Positions 1 through 12,877 of a DNA stretch of 64,000 bases are shown here, in pieces. Both the position numbers and the translations under genes were made by a program. The stretch is from Azolla caroliniana (lineage: Eukaryota; Plantae; Polypodiophyta). Every line of letters starts with the position of its first letter. Within the stretch, counting starts at the first letter, position 1. The notes beneath the pieces were generated by a model. It made no database searches, was not told the DNA's origin, and was given only the letters and a program-made list of their open reading frames with translations. The stretch is taken from assembly GCA_043228905.1 (NCBI GenBank), contig JBHGNT010000002.1, positions 15,066,001 to 15,130,000 on the forward strand, given 5' to 3'.

Positions 1-935
1 CCTGAGCAAATAAGACGACAATAGTCGTATGCAAATTTCTACTCGAAGAAGTCGTCTGCCGATACGGATGTGTGGGAAATATAGTATCCGACTGAGGGGA
101 CCTAGATGCACACGAAGCAATGGAGCTCTTCGAGCGACTAGGTGTAAACCTCTCCCTCACAACTGCCTATAATTCGGAAGCAAATGGGAAGATCGAGCGA
201 GGGCATGGGCTGATAGTCAAAGACATCATACAAGCATGCGATGGTTGAGTTGGGAATTGGTCGTGATTATTGCCCTATGCATTGTGGGCCGATAGAACTA
301 CGCACAGTTCGGTCACATGCTATATGCTAGTAGAGATCATGTATGGACAGAAACTAGTAACGCCCATCGAGAGGACGATCGCCTCATGGGTAGCAATACC
401 ATGGGAGAATGAGATGAGCCGGGAAGAATTATTGGCGGCACGAATAAGGCAACTCGAAAGAAGACCTGAAGACCTAGAGAACGCGCGAAAGATAATGGAG
501 ACAACCTGCGTGAAGAATAAGATTTGGTTTGATAAGACACACCGATTGCATCCCAAGAACATCGATGAAGGAGATTGGGTATTGATCTACGACAACAACC
601 TGGACAACCAACACAGGATGACAAGGAAGTTCGCAAGAAGGTGGTTCGGACCGTATGTGGTGATGGTGCCAACGACAACGCCACCTACCACCTCGCGGAG
701 CTAGACGGATCAAGGCTGGCCATACCCATTGCTAGGAAAAGAGTAAAGATATTGAAGAAAAGACAAGATGAGGGTCCTAACCTAGATGAATTCAACAATG
801 AAGATGGTACGACGGGACCCACAAATGTGAGAGAGGTTGATGAGGACATGGAGGAAATTGATCGATCACCGTAGCCGAAATCTCACACTCAGTTCTTAGC
901 ACGTACCGGAGGACGTGCAGTTTGGTGGAGGTGGA
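1..935 (+). mobile_element. Ty3/gypsy integrase C-terminal remnant with PPT (frameshifted)
   Basis: LPYALWADRTTHSSVT...KFARRWFGPY (GPY motif) in ORFs 270-704 and 575-874; purine tract GGTGGAGGTGGA directly before the LTR. Confidence 0.85.
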
Positions 936-1691
936 TGTCATGAAGATTTTCGGCAACAGTGTGAAAATTGCGTGGAACAAGGGAAATCGAGAAGGTGCAA
1001 TGTGCACACGTATGAAAGGAGTGATGGTTAGACGCGTATGTTAACACATTAATGTGCGCGTGTTATGTGTGTTTAGGTTTTCATTACACAAATATATAAA
1101 ATAAACCTAAACGCATACAATGAGGTGCAAGTAAGGGTTTGAACCTTACATAGGAGGCAATTGACATACCATTAGACTAGGTTATTTCCTTTAAAACTTA
1201 TTTTCTGCATTGTACTTTTCACAGGAACTGCTGGTACATGAGGGCTTGGATGAGGTACATGGTCATCATGCATCGCATGTGATGCATGAGTGCCAAATGG
1301 AAATCATGCATTTCATGCATTGTATGCATGTACTACACCCTCACATGCACATATGCAAGGGGGCATCTATATAAGAAGGAGAGGAAGGGAAAAGAAATCA
1401 AGTAATGTAAGCAATCAATAATAATTAATAAATCCTAGTTATCTCAGTGGCAATATGTCTTGTATCTCAACTTTGAATTCAAAAGTTCAAACTAGGAATT
1501 CGTCTGGTCCGTATTAATCTATCAATATATCTTTAATACTTCTCGCATGCGCTATTCCTTCCACCGTTTCATTGTCTTGAACGATCCTTCCGATCCTCCA
1601 TCACCACTTGCGGATAGACGCTTGTGCTTGTCTGCACATGTGTAACACGCACATCTCGACGTTTGGCACATGCGTCACGTGCTTCACGACA
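936..1691 (+). repeat. Gypsy 3' LTR
   Basis: Starts TGTCATGAAG right after the PPT and ends CTTCACGACA (10-bp imperfect terminal inverted repeat); TATA (ctatataa) near 1368. Confidence 0.8.
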
Positions 1692-1715
1692 TCTTTGTGG
1701 TGCAGTATGATGAAG

Positions 1716-2276
1716 TGTTAGGATCTTGGTCCCTCCGGATGGGATATGCAGGCCCGGCATCGGAAGACCCGGTGAGAACCGAATATTGCAGGCCCAGTGA
1801 GAAACTCTCACCGGATGAAGGGACATATATGTAGATATGTTTCTGAGAGCCCATTCGGGCTATATCTGTAAATAGTTCTAATGTCATATTAGTATAATGT
1901 GACCTAGGGCAAACAGTGTTTATACTCTTGCTGTTATTATCTTCGTATAGTGTAATTTGGTGTAACGACTGTACAGAGAGAGAGAGAGAGAGAGAGCGAT
2001 ACAAAGCATGTCTCTGTTGTAACCGCCGCCAGGCAAAGATCATGAGCAAGAGGTCGTTGCCTCTGTGCTCCCTGTTGTAATCATTGGCATAGTGATAGTT
2101 TGGAGTCTGTGGACTCCCGTGGTTTTTCCCTCTCGGGGGTTTTCCACGTTAACATCCTGTGTATTCTCTTTTCTATTCATGTACTTACCTCCATTCCCAT
2201 TTCTTCGGTGTTCGATTGTCATCAAGTGATCTGCGCTTCGGTTGTGGCCGGAGTTTATTCCGCGTATTTTGTGGCA
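1716..2276 (+). repeat. copia-1 5' LTR
   Basis: TGTTAGG...GTGGCA, direct repeat of 6282-6875, followed by the PBS. Confidence 0.9.
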
Positions 2277-2307
2277 AAGTGGTATCAGAGTGAAACAACA
2301 CAGAAAA

Positions 2308-5300
2308 ATGGATGATTCATTGGGAGGCATGTCTCACCGGCTCCAACTACTCAGTGTGGAAGTCGAAGATGAGGGACAAGAAACCGAACAAAATCGATGC
2401 CACGATATGGGAGGTGATGCACATGAAGACAACAGCGTACATACGGTGCTTCATCGACATGATTTATACAACAACTTCAATGAAGAGAGCAAGGCTCATG
2501 AGCTTTGGGAGAAGATCGACATTATGTTTCAGAACAAAAATGTTGTTAATTAGGTTTCGGTATTTCGGAAGCTAGTAAGACTCTAGTACCAAGATGGCTC
2601 CAGCATGGCGGAGCACATGAATGCCTTCCAAGGGCTGATCCACCAGGCAACATCATTGGAAGTACCTCTTCCCGATGAGGTACTAGCACTACTCCTGCTC
2701 GGTTCCCTCCCAGATAGCTGGGAGACGTTGGTTGTCACTTTGGGCAATGCCGGGACGGAAGGGAAACGGTTATCCCTAGCAACAGTGAAGTCGAGCTTGC
2801 TAGATGAGGAGGCGCGTCAAAAAGACAAGGATACAAGCTCCGACTCCAAAGCGCTCCTTACCGAATCGGAACGCGGAAGACAAAGGAACCGTAGTCCCCA
2901 GAACCGGGAAAATTCGGGGACACAGTCAAAGTCAAGGGGGAGGCCTACTTGCTTCTATTGCGGCAAGCCGGGACACTTCCAGAAGAACTGTCGGCACTTC
3001 CGAAAAGACAAAGAAACCGACGATACCGATTCGAAGCGGACACCGGACCGGAACGGTAAAGACCAGAGGGGACTGGACCGGAAGGGAACGACGGAAATCG
3101 TGGCAAGTGAAGAACAGTTGATGCTCATCACCGAGGAGAGTGAGTTGAACCTTGCCGGCGACAAGACAATGTGGGTTGTTGATTCCGGAGCGTCGTTCCA
3201 CCTTACCCCGGACCAAAAATACTTCTCATCCTACACAGTCGGTGATCACTACTGTGTCCGTATGGGGAATGAAGGTACATGCTGAATTGTCCACATAGGA
3301 GACGTGTGGTTGACAACACCAACCGGATGCAAGCTGCTACTGAAGGATGTCCAACACGTTCCGGAGGTTCAACTGAACCTGATATCAACCGGTCGGCTAG
3401 ATGATGAAGGCTACACGAGTAGCATCCGAAACAGAGTCATGAAATTCAGCAAAGGGAGCCTGATAGTGGCTCGAGCCGGGAAGGTCAACATGTTGTACTT
3501 GATGAATGCCCGGTTATGCCTGGAAGAAGTGAACGTGGCTTCCGACACTCCCGGTGAGCTGTGGCACAAGAGACTGTGTCACATGAACGTGAAGGGGATG
3601 AAGAGGCTTGCCGATGACAACCTCATTCCGTTGAAGAACGTGCATCTTGAGAGGTGCACTAACTGCCTAGCCGGTAAGCAGAACCAGACCTCCTTCCAAT
3701 CAAGGCCACCGATGAGACGTAATGCACCATTGGAGTTGGTGCATACCGATGTGTGTCAAGTGGACACGAAGTCCCATGCCGGAGCGTAGTACTTCGTGAC
3801 ATTCATAGATGACCACAGCAGGAGGCTGTAGGCCACACCATTGAAGAAGAAGGATCAGGTGTTATTCGTCTTCAAGGAGCTCCACGCAAGAGTGGAAAGA
3901 GAAACCGGATGGAAGCTGAAGGTGGTTCAAGCAGATAACGGAGGGGAATACCGGGGGGAGTTCGAGGAGTACTGCCGCTCGAAGGGAATCTGGCTCGAAT
4001 TTACCGTGCCGAAGACCCCGGAACTAAACGGGCTAGCCGAGAGCGACCATAATGGAGAGGGTCTGGAGTATGCTAGCACATCCTAAACTACCCAAGACGT
4101 TTTGGGCTGAGGCACTGTCGACAGCGACATATGTGATAAACTGATCACCCTCAGTGCCCTTGGATGGAGACACACCGCAAAAGGTGTGGACTAGTAAGGA
4201 AGTGTCCTACCGGCATTTGAAGGTGTTCGGATGTCTCGCGTATGTGCATGTTGCTAAGGACCGGAGAGGAAAGTTGGATCCAAAGACCCGGCCATGCATA
4301 TTCCTTGGATACGACGATGATGAGTTCGGCTACCGAGTGTGGGATCCAGTTGAGAAGAAGGTTTTCCGGAGCCGAGATATTATCTTCATGGAGGACAAGA
4401 CTCTTGCCGAGTGGGAGTCGGAGAAGAAGATAATGAACTCCGATGAGATTCGGACCCACCCGACTAAGAGCCGGTTGATACTTGAGGAACCAACCGGTTA
4501 CGTTGAGGATACCGAACTGGCAGAAGAAGAAGTAGAGGAAGTTGAAACCGGAACCGGCCAAGACCCCGAATCGGATTCGGATGAAGAACAAATAGAGGAG
4601 CTGGTTGCCAAAAGCCAAAGACGGAGATATCCTCTTAGAGAGAGAAGGCCCCCCCGGAGATTTCCGGATGCAGAGCATGTGCTGTTGACCGATGTGGGGG
4701 AGCCGGAAAGCTTCGAAGAAGCGAAGGATGACACCCATAGCCACAAGTGGTTAAGTGCCATGCAGGACGAGATGGATTCCCTGCATGAGAACCACACATA
4801 TGAATTGGTGGAGTTGCCGAAAGGAAAGAGGGAACTCCGAAACAAGTGGATGTACAAGTTGAAACTGGGAGATGTCGGCAACCCTCCAAGGTACAAAGCT
4901 AGGATCGTGGTGAAGGGGTTCCAGCAGAAGAAGGGCATGGACTTCAACGAGATATTTGCCCCGGTAGTAAAGATGACTTCCATCCGGACAGTGTTGAGCA
5001 TAGCGGCAAGCATGGACCTCGAGGTAGAGCAGTTAGACGTGAAGACGACGTTCCTCCACGGCGACCTCGAAGAGGAGATCTACATGCAGCAACCGGAGGG
5101 ATTTGTGAAGAAAGGGAAGGAGCACTTGGTTTGCCAGTTAAAAAAGAGCCTCTAGGGGTTGAAGCAGGCTCCCCGACAATGGAACCGGAAGTTCGAGTCC
5201 TTCATGAACGATCAAGGGTACCACAAGACGCAGGCCGATCACTGCGTATTTGTGAAGAAGTTCAAAGGTGGAGACTTCCTGATACTCCTCTTGTACGTGG

Positions 5301-6271
5301 ATGACATGTTGATTGTCGGACGAGACCAAGTCAAGATACGGATGCTGAAGAAGGCCCTGAACCGGACCTTCTCAATGGAAGACTTGGGCCCGGCAAGACA
5401 GATGTTGGGGATGCATATCATCCGGGACCGGCCAACGAAGCAATGGTGGCTATCACAAGAGAAGTACGTGACAAAGGTGCTTCAGCGGTTCAACATGTCA
5501 AATGCAAAACCGGTCGGATCGACACTTCCGGCAAACTGTAGGTTATCAGGTAAGCTAAGCCCGAAGACGAAGGTAGAGAAGGTGGATATGATGAAGATAC
5601 CATATCCCTTTGCCGTCAGGAGCCTAATGTACGCAATCATGTCTACCCGACTGGATATCGAATATGCAGTCGGAGTGGTGAGCCGGTGTATGAGCAATCC
5701 CGGCAAGGAGCACTGGAATGCGGTAAAATGGATACTCCGATACTTGAAAGGCACCTCAATTATGTGTCTCCAAATCGGCTCTAGTAAACCCCAACTTGAT
5801 GGTTTCACCGATTCAGATATGTCGGCCGACGCGGATACCAGCCGGTCAACATCCGGATATGTCATGACATATGCGGGGGGAGTTGTTTCGTGGCAATCGA
5901 AGCTGCAGAAGACGGTTGTGTTGTCAACCACGGAAGCGGAGTACATGGCGGCTGTGGAAGCCGGCAAGGAAATACTATGGATGAAGGACTTCATCGAAGA
6001 GCTAGGGATCCGGCAAGAGGAATACCGGCTCCATTGCGATAGTCAAAGTGCCATCCACCTTGTGAAGAACGCAACGTATCATTCCAGGACGAACCACATC
6101 CAGCGGAGGTACCACTGGATTCGGGAGCGAGTAGAAGACCGAGAGTTCGTGTTGACTAAGATCCACACGGAGGAGAACGGGTCAGATATGTTGACCAAGG
6201 TGCTGACACCCGATAAGCTAGACGCATGCCATAAGCGGATCGGATTGACGAGGCATCCCATACCGGAGTGA
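2308..6271 (+). pseudogene. copia gag-pol polyprotein, disrupted
   Basis: CFYCGKPGHFQKNC knuckle, WVVDSGASFH protease, LWHKRLCH and DNGGEY integrase, LYVDDML RT, RNase H; several stops and frameshifts. Confidence 0.95.
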
Positions 6272-6281
6272 AGGGGGAGTT

Positions 6282-6875
6282 TGTTAGGGTCTCGGTCCCT
6301 CTGGATGGGATACGCAGGACCGGCATCGGAAGACCCGGTGAGAACCGGATGACGAGTACCCGGCAAGGAAGACCCGGTGAGAACCGGATGTTGCAGGCCC
6401 GGTGAGAACCTCTCACCAGATGAAGGGACAAATATGTAGATATGTTTCTGAGAGCCCATTGGGGGTATATCTGTAAATAGTCCTAATGTCATATAGTATA
6501 AATGTGACCTAGGGCAAACAATGTTTATATTGTTGCTGCTATTATCTTCGTATAGTGTAATTTGGTGTAACGATTGTACAGACAGAGAGAGAGAGCGGTA
6601 CAAAGCATGTTTCTGTTGTAACCGCCGCCAAGCGAAGATCGTGAGCAGGATGTCGTTGCCTCTGTGCTCCCTGTTGTAATCATTGGCATAGTGATAGTTT
6701 GGAGTCTATGGACTCCCGTGGTTTTTCCCTCTCGGGGGTTTTCCACGTTAACATCCTGTGTATTCTCTTTTCTGTTCGTGTACTTACCTCCATTCCCATT
6801 TCTTCGGTGTTCGATTGTCATCAAATGATCTACACTTCGGTTGTGGCCAGAGATTATTCCGCGTATTTTGTGACA
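6282..6875 (+). repeat. copia-1 3' LTR
   Basis: Follows the PPT; TGTTAGG...GTGACA; has one more GACCCGGTGAGAACCGGAT-type unit than the 5' LTR. Confidence 0.9.
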
Positions 6876-8604
6876 TGACAGAACGCCACATGGGCCTTCT
6901 CCACACAAACCTTTATTGGATGACATAATCCGATATTCCTCTCAAGGGGAAGTCTTCCTTGTAGGAGATTTCAATGCGAGAACCCAACCCCGACAATGCA
7001 CAATATTTCAGATGGATAGAAACCTAGAAATGGTGAATGTCGACCCGTTAGCCATAGGCATAACACATACATCAAAGGATCAAGGTGCGGGCACCACAAT
7101 CCTTGGCCATCATTTGGTTGTTGGAAGTTGACACCAGATGATCATATATAATGGCTTAGCCAAGTGGCCGGGCTCGGAAGAGTTCACATGTTTCCCACAT
7201 GGAGGAGGGGAAAGCACAGTTGATTACTTAATACGACGCGTTGAAGCTACCCACATGGTTAACTCCTTCTGGGTGGCCCCATGCCCCATTAGTTCAGACC
7301 ATAGCTTCCTATACATTGAGCTAAAATGTGACAATTCCCATGCCACCAACTCTAGTCAACCAAACCATCACACCATAATATACTTCACGCATGAGCTCGC
7401 TGACATCTACTCTCGACATGTTCAAGCCCATCTCTCCTCGTTTGATTCTTTCTTGCCTTTATAGAACCTCACTACAAAACTCACACACATCCTTCACTCA
7501 ACAGGAATTAGTAGATTCCCATACACGAAAGACTCTGGTCATAGTAGAATAGGGTCTATGCCATAGAACAAGTGGTATAATGAGGATTGTAGAGAGTTGT
7601 ATAGAAAACTTAAAGTGTCGCGACTTAGTGGCACTATTTCCTCAGTACAGGCTGGCAAAGAGATGCACAAGATGACACGTCGTAAAAGACGAGCTTGGGA
7701 AGCATCTCAATATTGGGAACTCTACCATATGCTCATGAGTAGGGACTGCGCCCTTGCATGGAAGAGACTACGGGAACCGAGACCACAAACACCCATCGAG
7801 GATCCCAATATTTGGCACACATATATCAAGAGACTCTACCATGTCCCAGACCAACCACCCATTCGAATGCCTTCCACACCTCGACCTACCATGGGGACAC
7901 TTTTCACGAAGGTCATAAAAAAATTACAACATAGGAAATCCATGGACCACACATGATTGCGAGCCGAGCACATCAAATATGCTCGAGAATGCCTAACGCC
8001 CCTTCTCACTCTAATCTTCAACCGCGCCCTCGCCAAGAGTTTTCCACCACAATGGGCCATGAACACAGTGGCCCCTATACATAAAGGAGGGGACCCAATG
8101 GACCAAAATACATATAGGACCATTATGATAGGTCATACGCTCGCTAAACTATATGGTGCAGTATTGGAAGCGGAGCTCAATGATTATATGGAAACATTAA
8201 GCCTTCGAGCACCTGAGCAGGCTGGCTTTAGATGAGCCTTCTCCATTATTGACCATATCTTCACACTTAGGTGCTTAATTGACCAGACGAAGGATCATAA
8301 GAAGAAACTATATTGTTGCTTCGTGGACTTCCATAAAACCTTTGACACAGTTCCTAGGGAGAGGTTGTTTCATAGACTTAAGGGCTTGGAGATACCAAAT
8401 GACATGATCTGGGCCATTTATGCCCTATATGAGCAAGTTTCTAGGTGCCTAAGATGCCCAGGTGGCCTATCTGATTGTTTCACTAACACCATTGGTGTAA
8501 AACAGGGTTGCCCCCTATCACCGACTCTTTTTGGGATCTACATTGATGAGATCATTGATTTTATTGCTCGTAAGGGAGTCAAGGAAGTAGCTATTGGGGA
8601 TACA
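6876..8604 (+). mobile_element. Non-LTR retrotransposon ORF2 fragment (APE endonuclease + RT; possibly RTE-X-like)
   Basis: VGDFNART, STVDYL, SDH endonuclease motifs; EQAGFR, DFHKTFDTV, KQGCPLSPTLF RT motifs; cut at 8605 by the copia-2 LTR. Confidence 0.85.
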
Positions 8605-11600
8605 TGTTGGGAGTATGTTCGTCCAGTGGGAGGATGATCCGACTGTTCGGAAAGCCGACAGTCGAAGAGTCAGAAAACAGGAGCCAAGTTGATGAGGAGC
8701 TATATTCAGAAACCTGAATTGTGTATATAGCCAACTCGGGAGAATATATTTGTAAATAGTCTTAGTGTGCGCCCCATGAGGGCTACGTATGTAAATAGCC
8801 AGAAAGTTGCGTAATTATATATGTAACTAGGGCAAACTTTAAGAGTGTCCAGAGTGTGTAGAAACTGTAAGTGCAGAAGTTGTAGAATGCAAGTGAGCGT
8901 GAGAGAGAGAAGGTACAGTCGCGCCATATCTGTGTGTGTAACAGTAGACACGAAGAGCGTTGTGCGGCTGATACATTCGATAGAGTTTTGTAATCATCTC
9001 TGTATTGTATATCCACTATACTATAGTGAAGAAATCTCTTCACCTGTGGTTTTCCCCGTTTTAGGGTTTCCATGTAAATCTCTGTGCACTGTGGTGTATC
9101 TTGTCTTGTTTTTCTGGCATTTTTGTAAATCGTATTTCAGCGTGTAGTTCGTTTATTGTGATCTATTCCGCATCAATTTCTCAACAAACTGGTGTAAGAG
9201 CTTGAGGGGCAAGCATGGAAGGAGGTGTTAGCGATTTCCCAGGTATGATAATTCTAAACTCACAGAACTATGCAAATTGGAAGATAAAGATGGAGACCTT
9301 CTCATAGTCAAAGACCTGTACGAGCCAGTCGATAGAGTAGAAATACCCAAGGGAGTATTGGAGTCGAACTGGAAGCTTCTATATAGGAAGGCAGTGGCCA
9401 CAATCTGACAATGTGTCGATCTAAGTGTCCTTCAGCATGTGGCGAACGACACGAATGCCCACGAGATGTGGCAGAAGTTGTCGGGTCTGTACGAGTGGAA
9501 GAACACACTAAACAGAACCTCGCTAATGAGAAAAATCGTATGGCTGAAATACAGAGACGGTGAGACCATCGTCGAACACATCAACACATTCATGGGGTAT
9601 GTGAATCAACTTGCAGCGACCAAGTTTCCCCTAGATGACGCAATGCAAGCCATCCTGCTGATGTGCACACTGCCGGAAAGTTGGGAGAACCTGGTGGTTA
9701 CTCTCAGCACCTCCTGTGAAGAAGAGAACTTGTCTCTACGGATGGTGAAGACAAGCATCCTAAACGAGGATGCAAGACAAAGGAGTCATGTCCCAAACGG
9801 AGTCGAATCTTACTCAACATATGGATAGAGGAAGGGACCGGGGAAGAAGAAGTCCGCAGCGAATGGACAAATCCCACGCCAGATCGAAGTCCAGAGGTAA
9901 GCCTGTGTGCTATTATTGTGGAAAACCTGGACACTTCCAGAAGGACTGCCGACACATGAAGAAAGACAAGAGTGTCGGAAACAATGTCGAACCCAGGAAG
10001 ATTCCGAATGAAAAGAATAGTTCGGCCATTGTTACGAGCAATGAGGAACTCATGTTCATCTGTAAACAAACAAGTGCAAACCTTGCAAGCGAAGTGTGCA
10101 CTTGGGTGATTGATTCTGGCGCATCCTTCCATATTACTCCGTCAAGAGATTATTTCTCGACTTACATAGTCGGGGATCATGGCTATGTAAAGATGGGTGA
10201 TAGTGGAAAGTGCAAGATAACCGGAGCCGGAAGTGTATGCTTAATGACGTTGACAGGGTGTCGACTAATGTTAAAGGATGTTCGACACGTCCCCGATATC
10301 ATATTGAATCTAATATCGATTGGAAGGCTTGACGACGAAGGCTACAGTGGTAGTTTTCGGAATGGCAAGTGGAAGTTCTGCCAAGAAAATTTCATAGTGT
10401 CCTGAGCACAGAAAGAAGGCACATTGTACATGATGTATGCCCGACTTTGCAAATCAGAAGTAAATGTGGTAGCCGACTCGGTAGGGGAGATATGGCATAA
10501 GAGGCTAGGCCACATGAGTGAGAAGGAAATGCACTTGTTAGCCAACCAAAAACTTCAACCAGAAGTCAAGGGAATGCACCTGGAGAAGTGTGTCGGCTGC
10601 TTAGCCAGAAAGCAGAACAGGACAACATTCCACACAAGACCACCAAGGAGAAGAGAAGTTGCACTGGGACTAGTGCACACGGATTTCTGCTATGTGGATG
10701 CTCCATCGCATCTAGGAGGACAATACTTTCTAACGTTTATTGAGGACTATAGTCGGAAAACATGGGCCTTCATACTGAAGTCGAAGGATCAAGTACTGTT
10801 GGTTTTCAAGGAGTTCCAGGTAAGAACCAAAAGAGAGTCAGGTCGGAAACTGAAGGTTTTCCGAACCGACAACGATGGCGAGTACAAAGGGCAGTTCAAG
10901 GATTACTACAAGTGCCAAGGTATTCGGATCAAATACACAGTGCCAAAGACCCCAGAGTTGAACGGGCTTGCAGAGAGGATGAATTGAACGATCATGGAGA
11001 GAGTGAGGAGCATGCTCTCTCATGCGAAACTGCCGAAATCCTATTGGGCTGAGGCAATGTACACAGTTGTTTATCTTATCAACAGGTCTCCCTCAGTACC
11101 TCTAAAGGGTGATGTCCCACAAAGGGTGTGGACAGGGAAGGATGTCTCATACCAACACCTGAGGGTGTTCAGATGTTTGGTGTATATGCATGTACCAAAG
11201 GATCAGAGGTCAAAGCTCGAAAGTCGAAAGCCTGCATATTCATGGGATACTCGGAAGATGAGTTCGGCTACAGGTTATGGGACCTAGTCGACAAGAAGGT
11301 AGTGAGAAGTCGGGATGTAGTCTTTCTAGAAGACAAGATAATTGAAGACTGGAAGCAACAGAAGTCAGAACTGACTCCCCAGTCAACCTTGACTACCATC
11401 GACTTAAGGCCAAGTGAGTCGTCACCGACAGCTACAAGGAGACAGATGGCCGACAGAGCCGAATCCGAGTCGGTTGACTCGGAAAGACCGACAGATTATG
11501 AGTCAGAGTCCGCAAAGCTGCTGAAGTCAATTGATGAATATGAGTTATCCAACCTGGAGATGCCGATTGACGAGCAGAATCCCGAGCAAAGAGAAGAGTC

Positions 11601-12547
11601 AAGGGAATAGAGCCAACAGCGAGTGGACGAAGGTACCCACTCAGAGAAAGGGAGGCACCGATTACATATGCCAATCAATACATCCTCTTGACTGATGTCG
11701 GTGAACCGGAGTGCTATGAAGAAGCCATTGCCGACGAGAGCAGACAAAAATGGCTGAATGCGATGCAAGAGGAGATGGAATCCTTGCACGCGAATTACAC
11801 TTACGACCTAATAGAGCTACCGAAAGGTAAGAGAGCACTCAGGAATAAATGGGTCTACAAGGTAAAGACTGGAGAAGTTGACAATGAGCCCAGGTATAAA
11901 GCCCGCATAGTGGTAAAGAGTTTCCAACAGAGGAAGGGCGTTGACTTTGACGAAATTTTCGCACCAGTCATGAAGATGACATTGATTCAAACTATTCTTA
12001 GCATAGCGGCCAACATGGATCTGGAGATGGAACAGTTGGATGTCAAAACCACATTTTTGCATGGGGACCTAGAAGAAGAAATTTACATGCAGCAACCCGA
12101 AGGCTTTGAGGAGAAAGGAAAAGAGAATTTGGTGTGTCGACTGAGGAAAAGCTTGTATGGACTGAAACAAGCTCCACGCAATGGTACAAGAAATTCGAGT
12201 CCTTCATGATAGAACATCGGTTCCAGAAAACACAGGCCGATCACTGTGTGTTCGTAAAAAGGTATGAGGAAGGAGATTTCTTGATTCTCTTGCTATATGT
12301 TGATGATATGTTGATAGTTGGCCAAGATGCAAGGAAGATTGGAAGCTTGAAGAAAGCTCTCGGCAAATCATTTGCCATGAAAGACCTTGGATCGACAAAG
12401 CAAATCCTAGGAATGCACATAACCCGAGACAAAGCTCGGAAGGTGCTATGGTTGTCACAATAGAACTATGTGACGAAGATCCTAGAGAGGTTCAACATGT
12501 CAAACGCAAAGCCGGTCAGCTCAATGTTGCCCACAAACTGCAGATTA
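8605..12547 (+). mobile_element. 3'-truncated Ty1/copia, copia-2
   Basis: 5' LTR 8605-9186 (TGTTGG...CAACA), PBS-like TGGTGTAAGAGC 9190-9201, gag ATG 9215, PR/INT/RT motifs; breaks off within RT. Confidence 0.92.
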
Positions 12548-12599
12548 GAACTATATAGCTTAAACTCTATTTTTATCTTATTTTTATTTTTACTTTCGA

Positions 12600-12877
12600 T
12601 GAATGGGTAAATATCTCATTTTTTTGTAAACCATTTGTCTCATGGGCCAATTTTGGCCTTAGAAGACATTAATATATCTTTCTTTCTCTCTCTCTTTCTC
12701 TCTTTCTCTCTTTCTCTTAGTCAACCCACACAAGCATCTTTGACAACAAGAATGAACCGATTGTAAACCTAAACGACAATCGATTCCTTAGAAGCACAAG
12801 TCTCCCGATTCATCCTCCTTGGTCAAAGACCCCGATGGTACCGTACGACTGACCCACAGGTGTGGATTTCCGTGACA
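12600..12877 (+). repeat. Probable LTR 3'-end fragment
   Basis: CT-rich tract followed by ...GGATTTCCGTGACA abutting an unrelated copia RT; left boundary uncertain. Confidence 0.4.

Larger units (their letters stand above)
1716..6875 (+). mobile_element. Full-length decayed Ty1/copia element (Tnt1/Tork-like), copia-1
   Basis: LTRs 1716-2276 and 6282-6875; PBS TGGTATCAGAG 2280-2290; PPT AAGGGGGAG 6271-6279; gag-PR-INT-RT-RH domain order. Confidence 0.95.

Noticed and set aside
4151-5994. Long antisense ORFs over copia pol
   Set aside because: Shadow ORFs with no independent motifs
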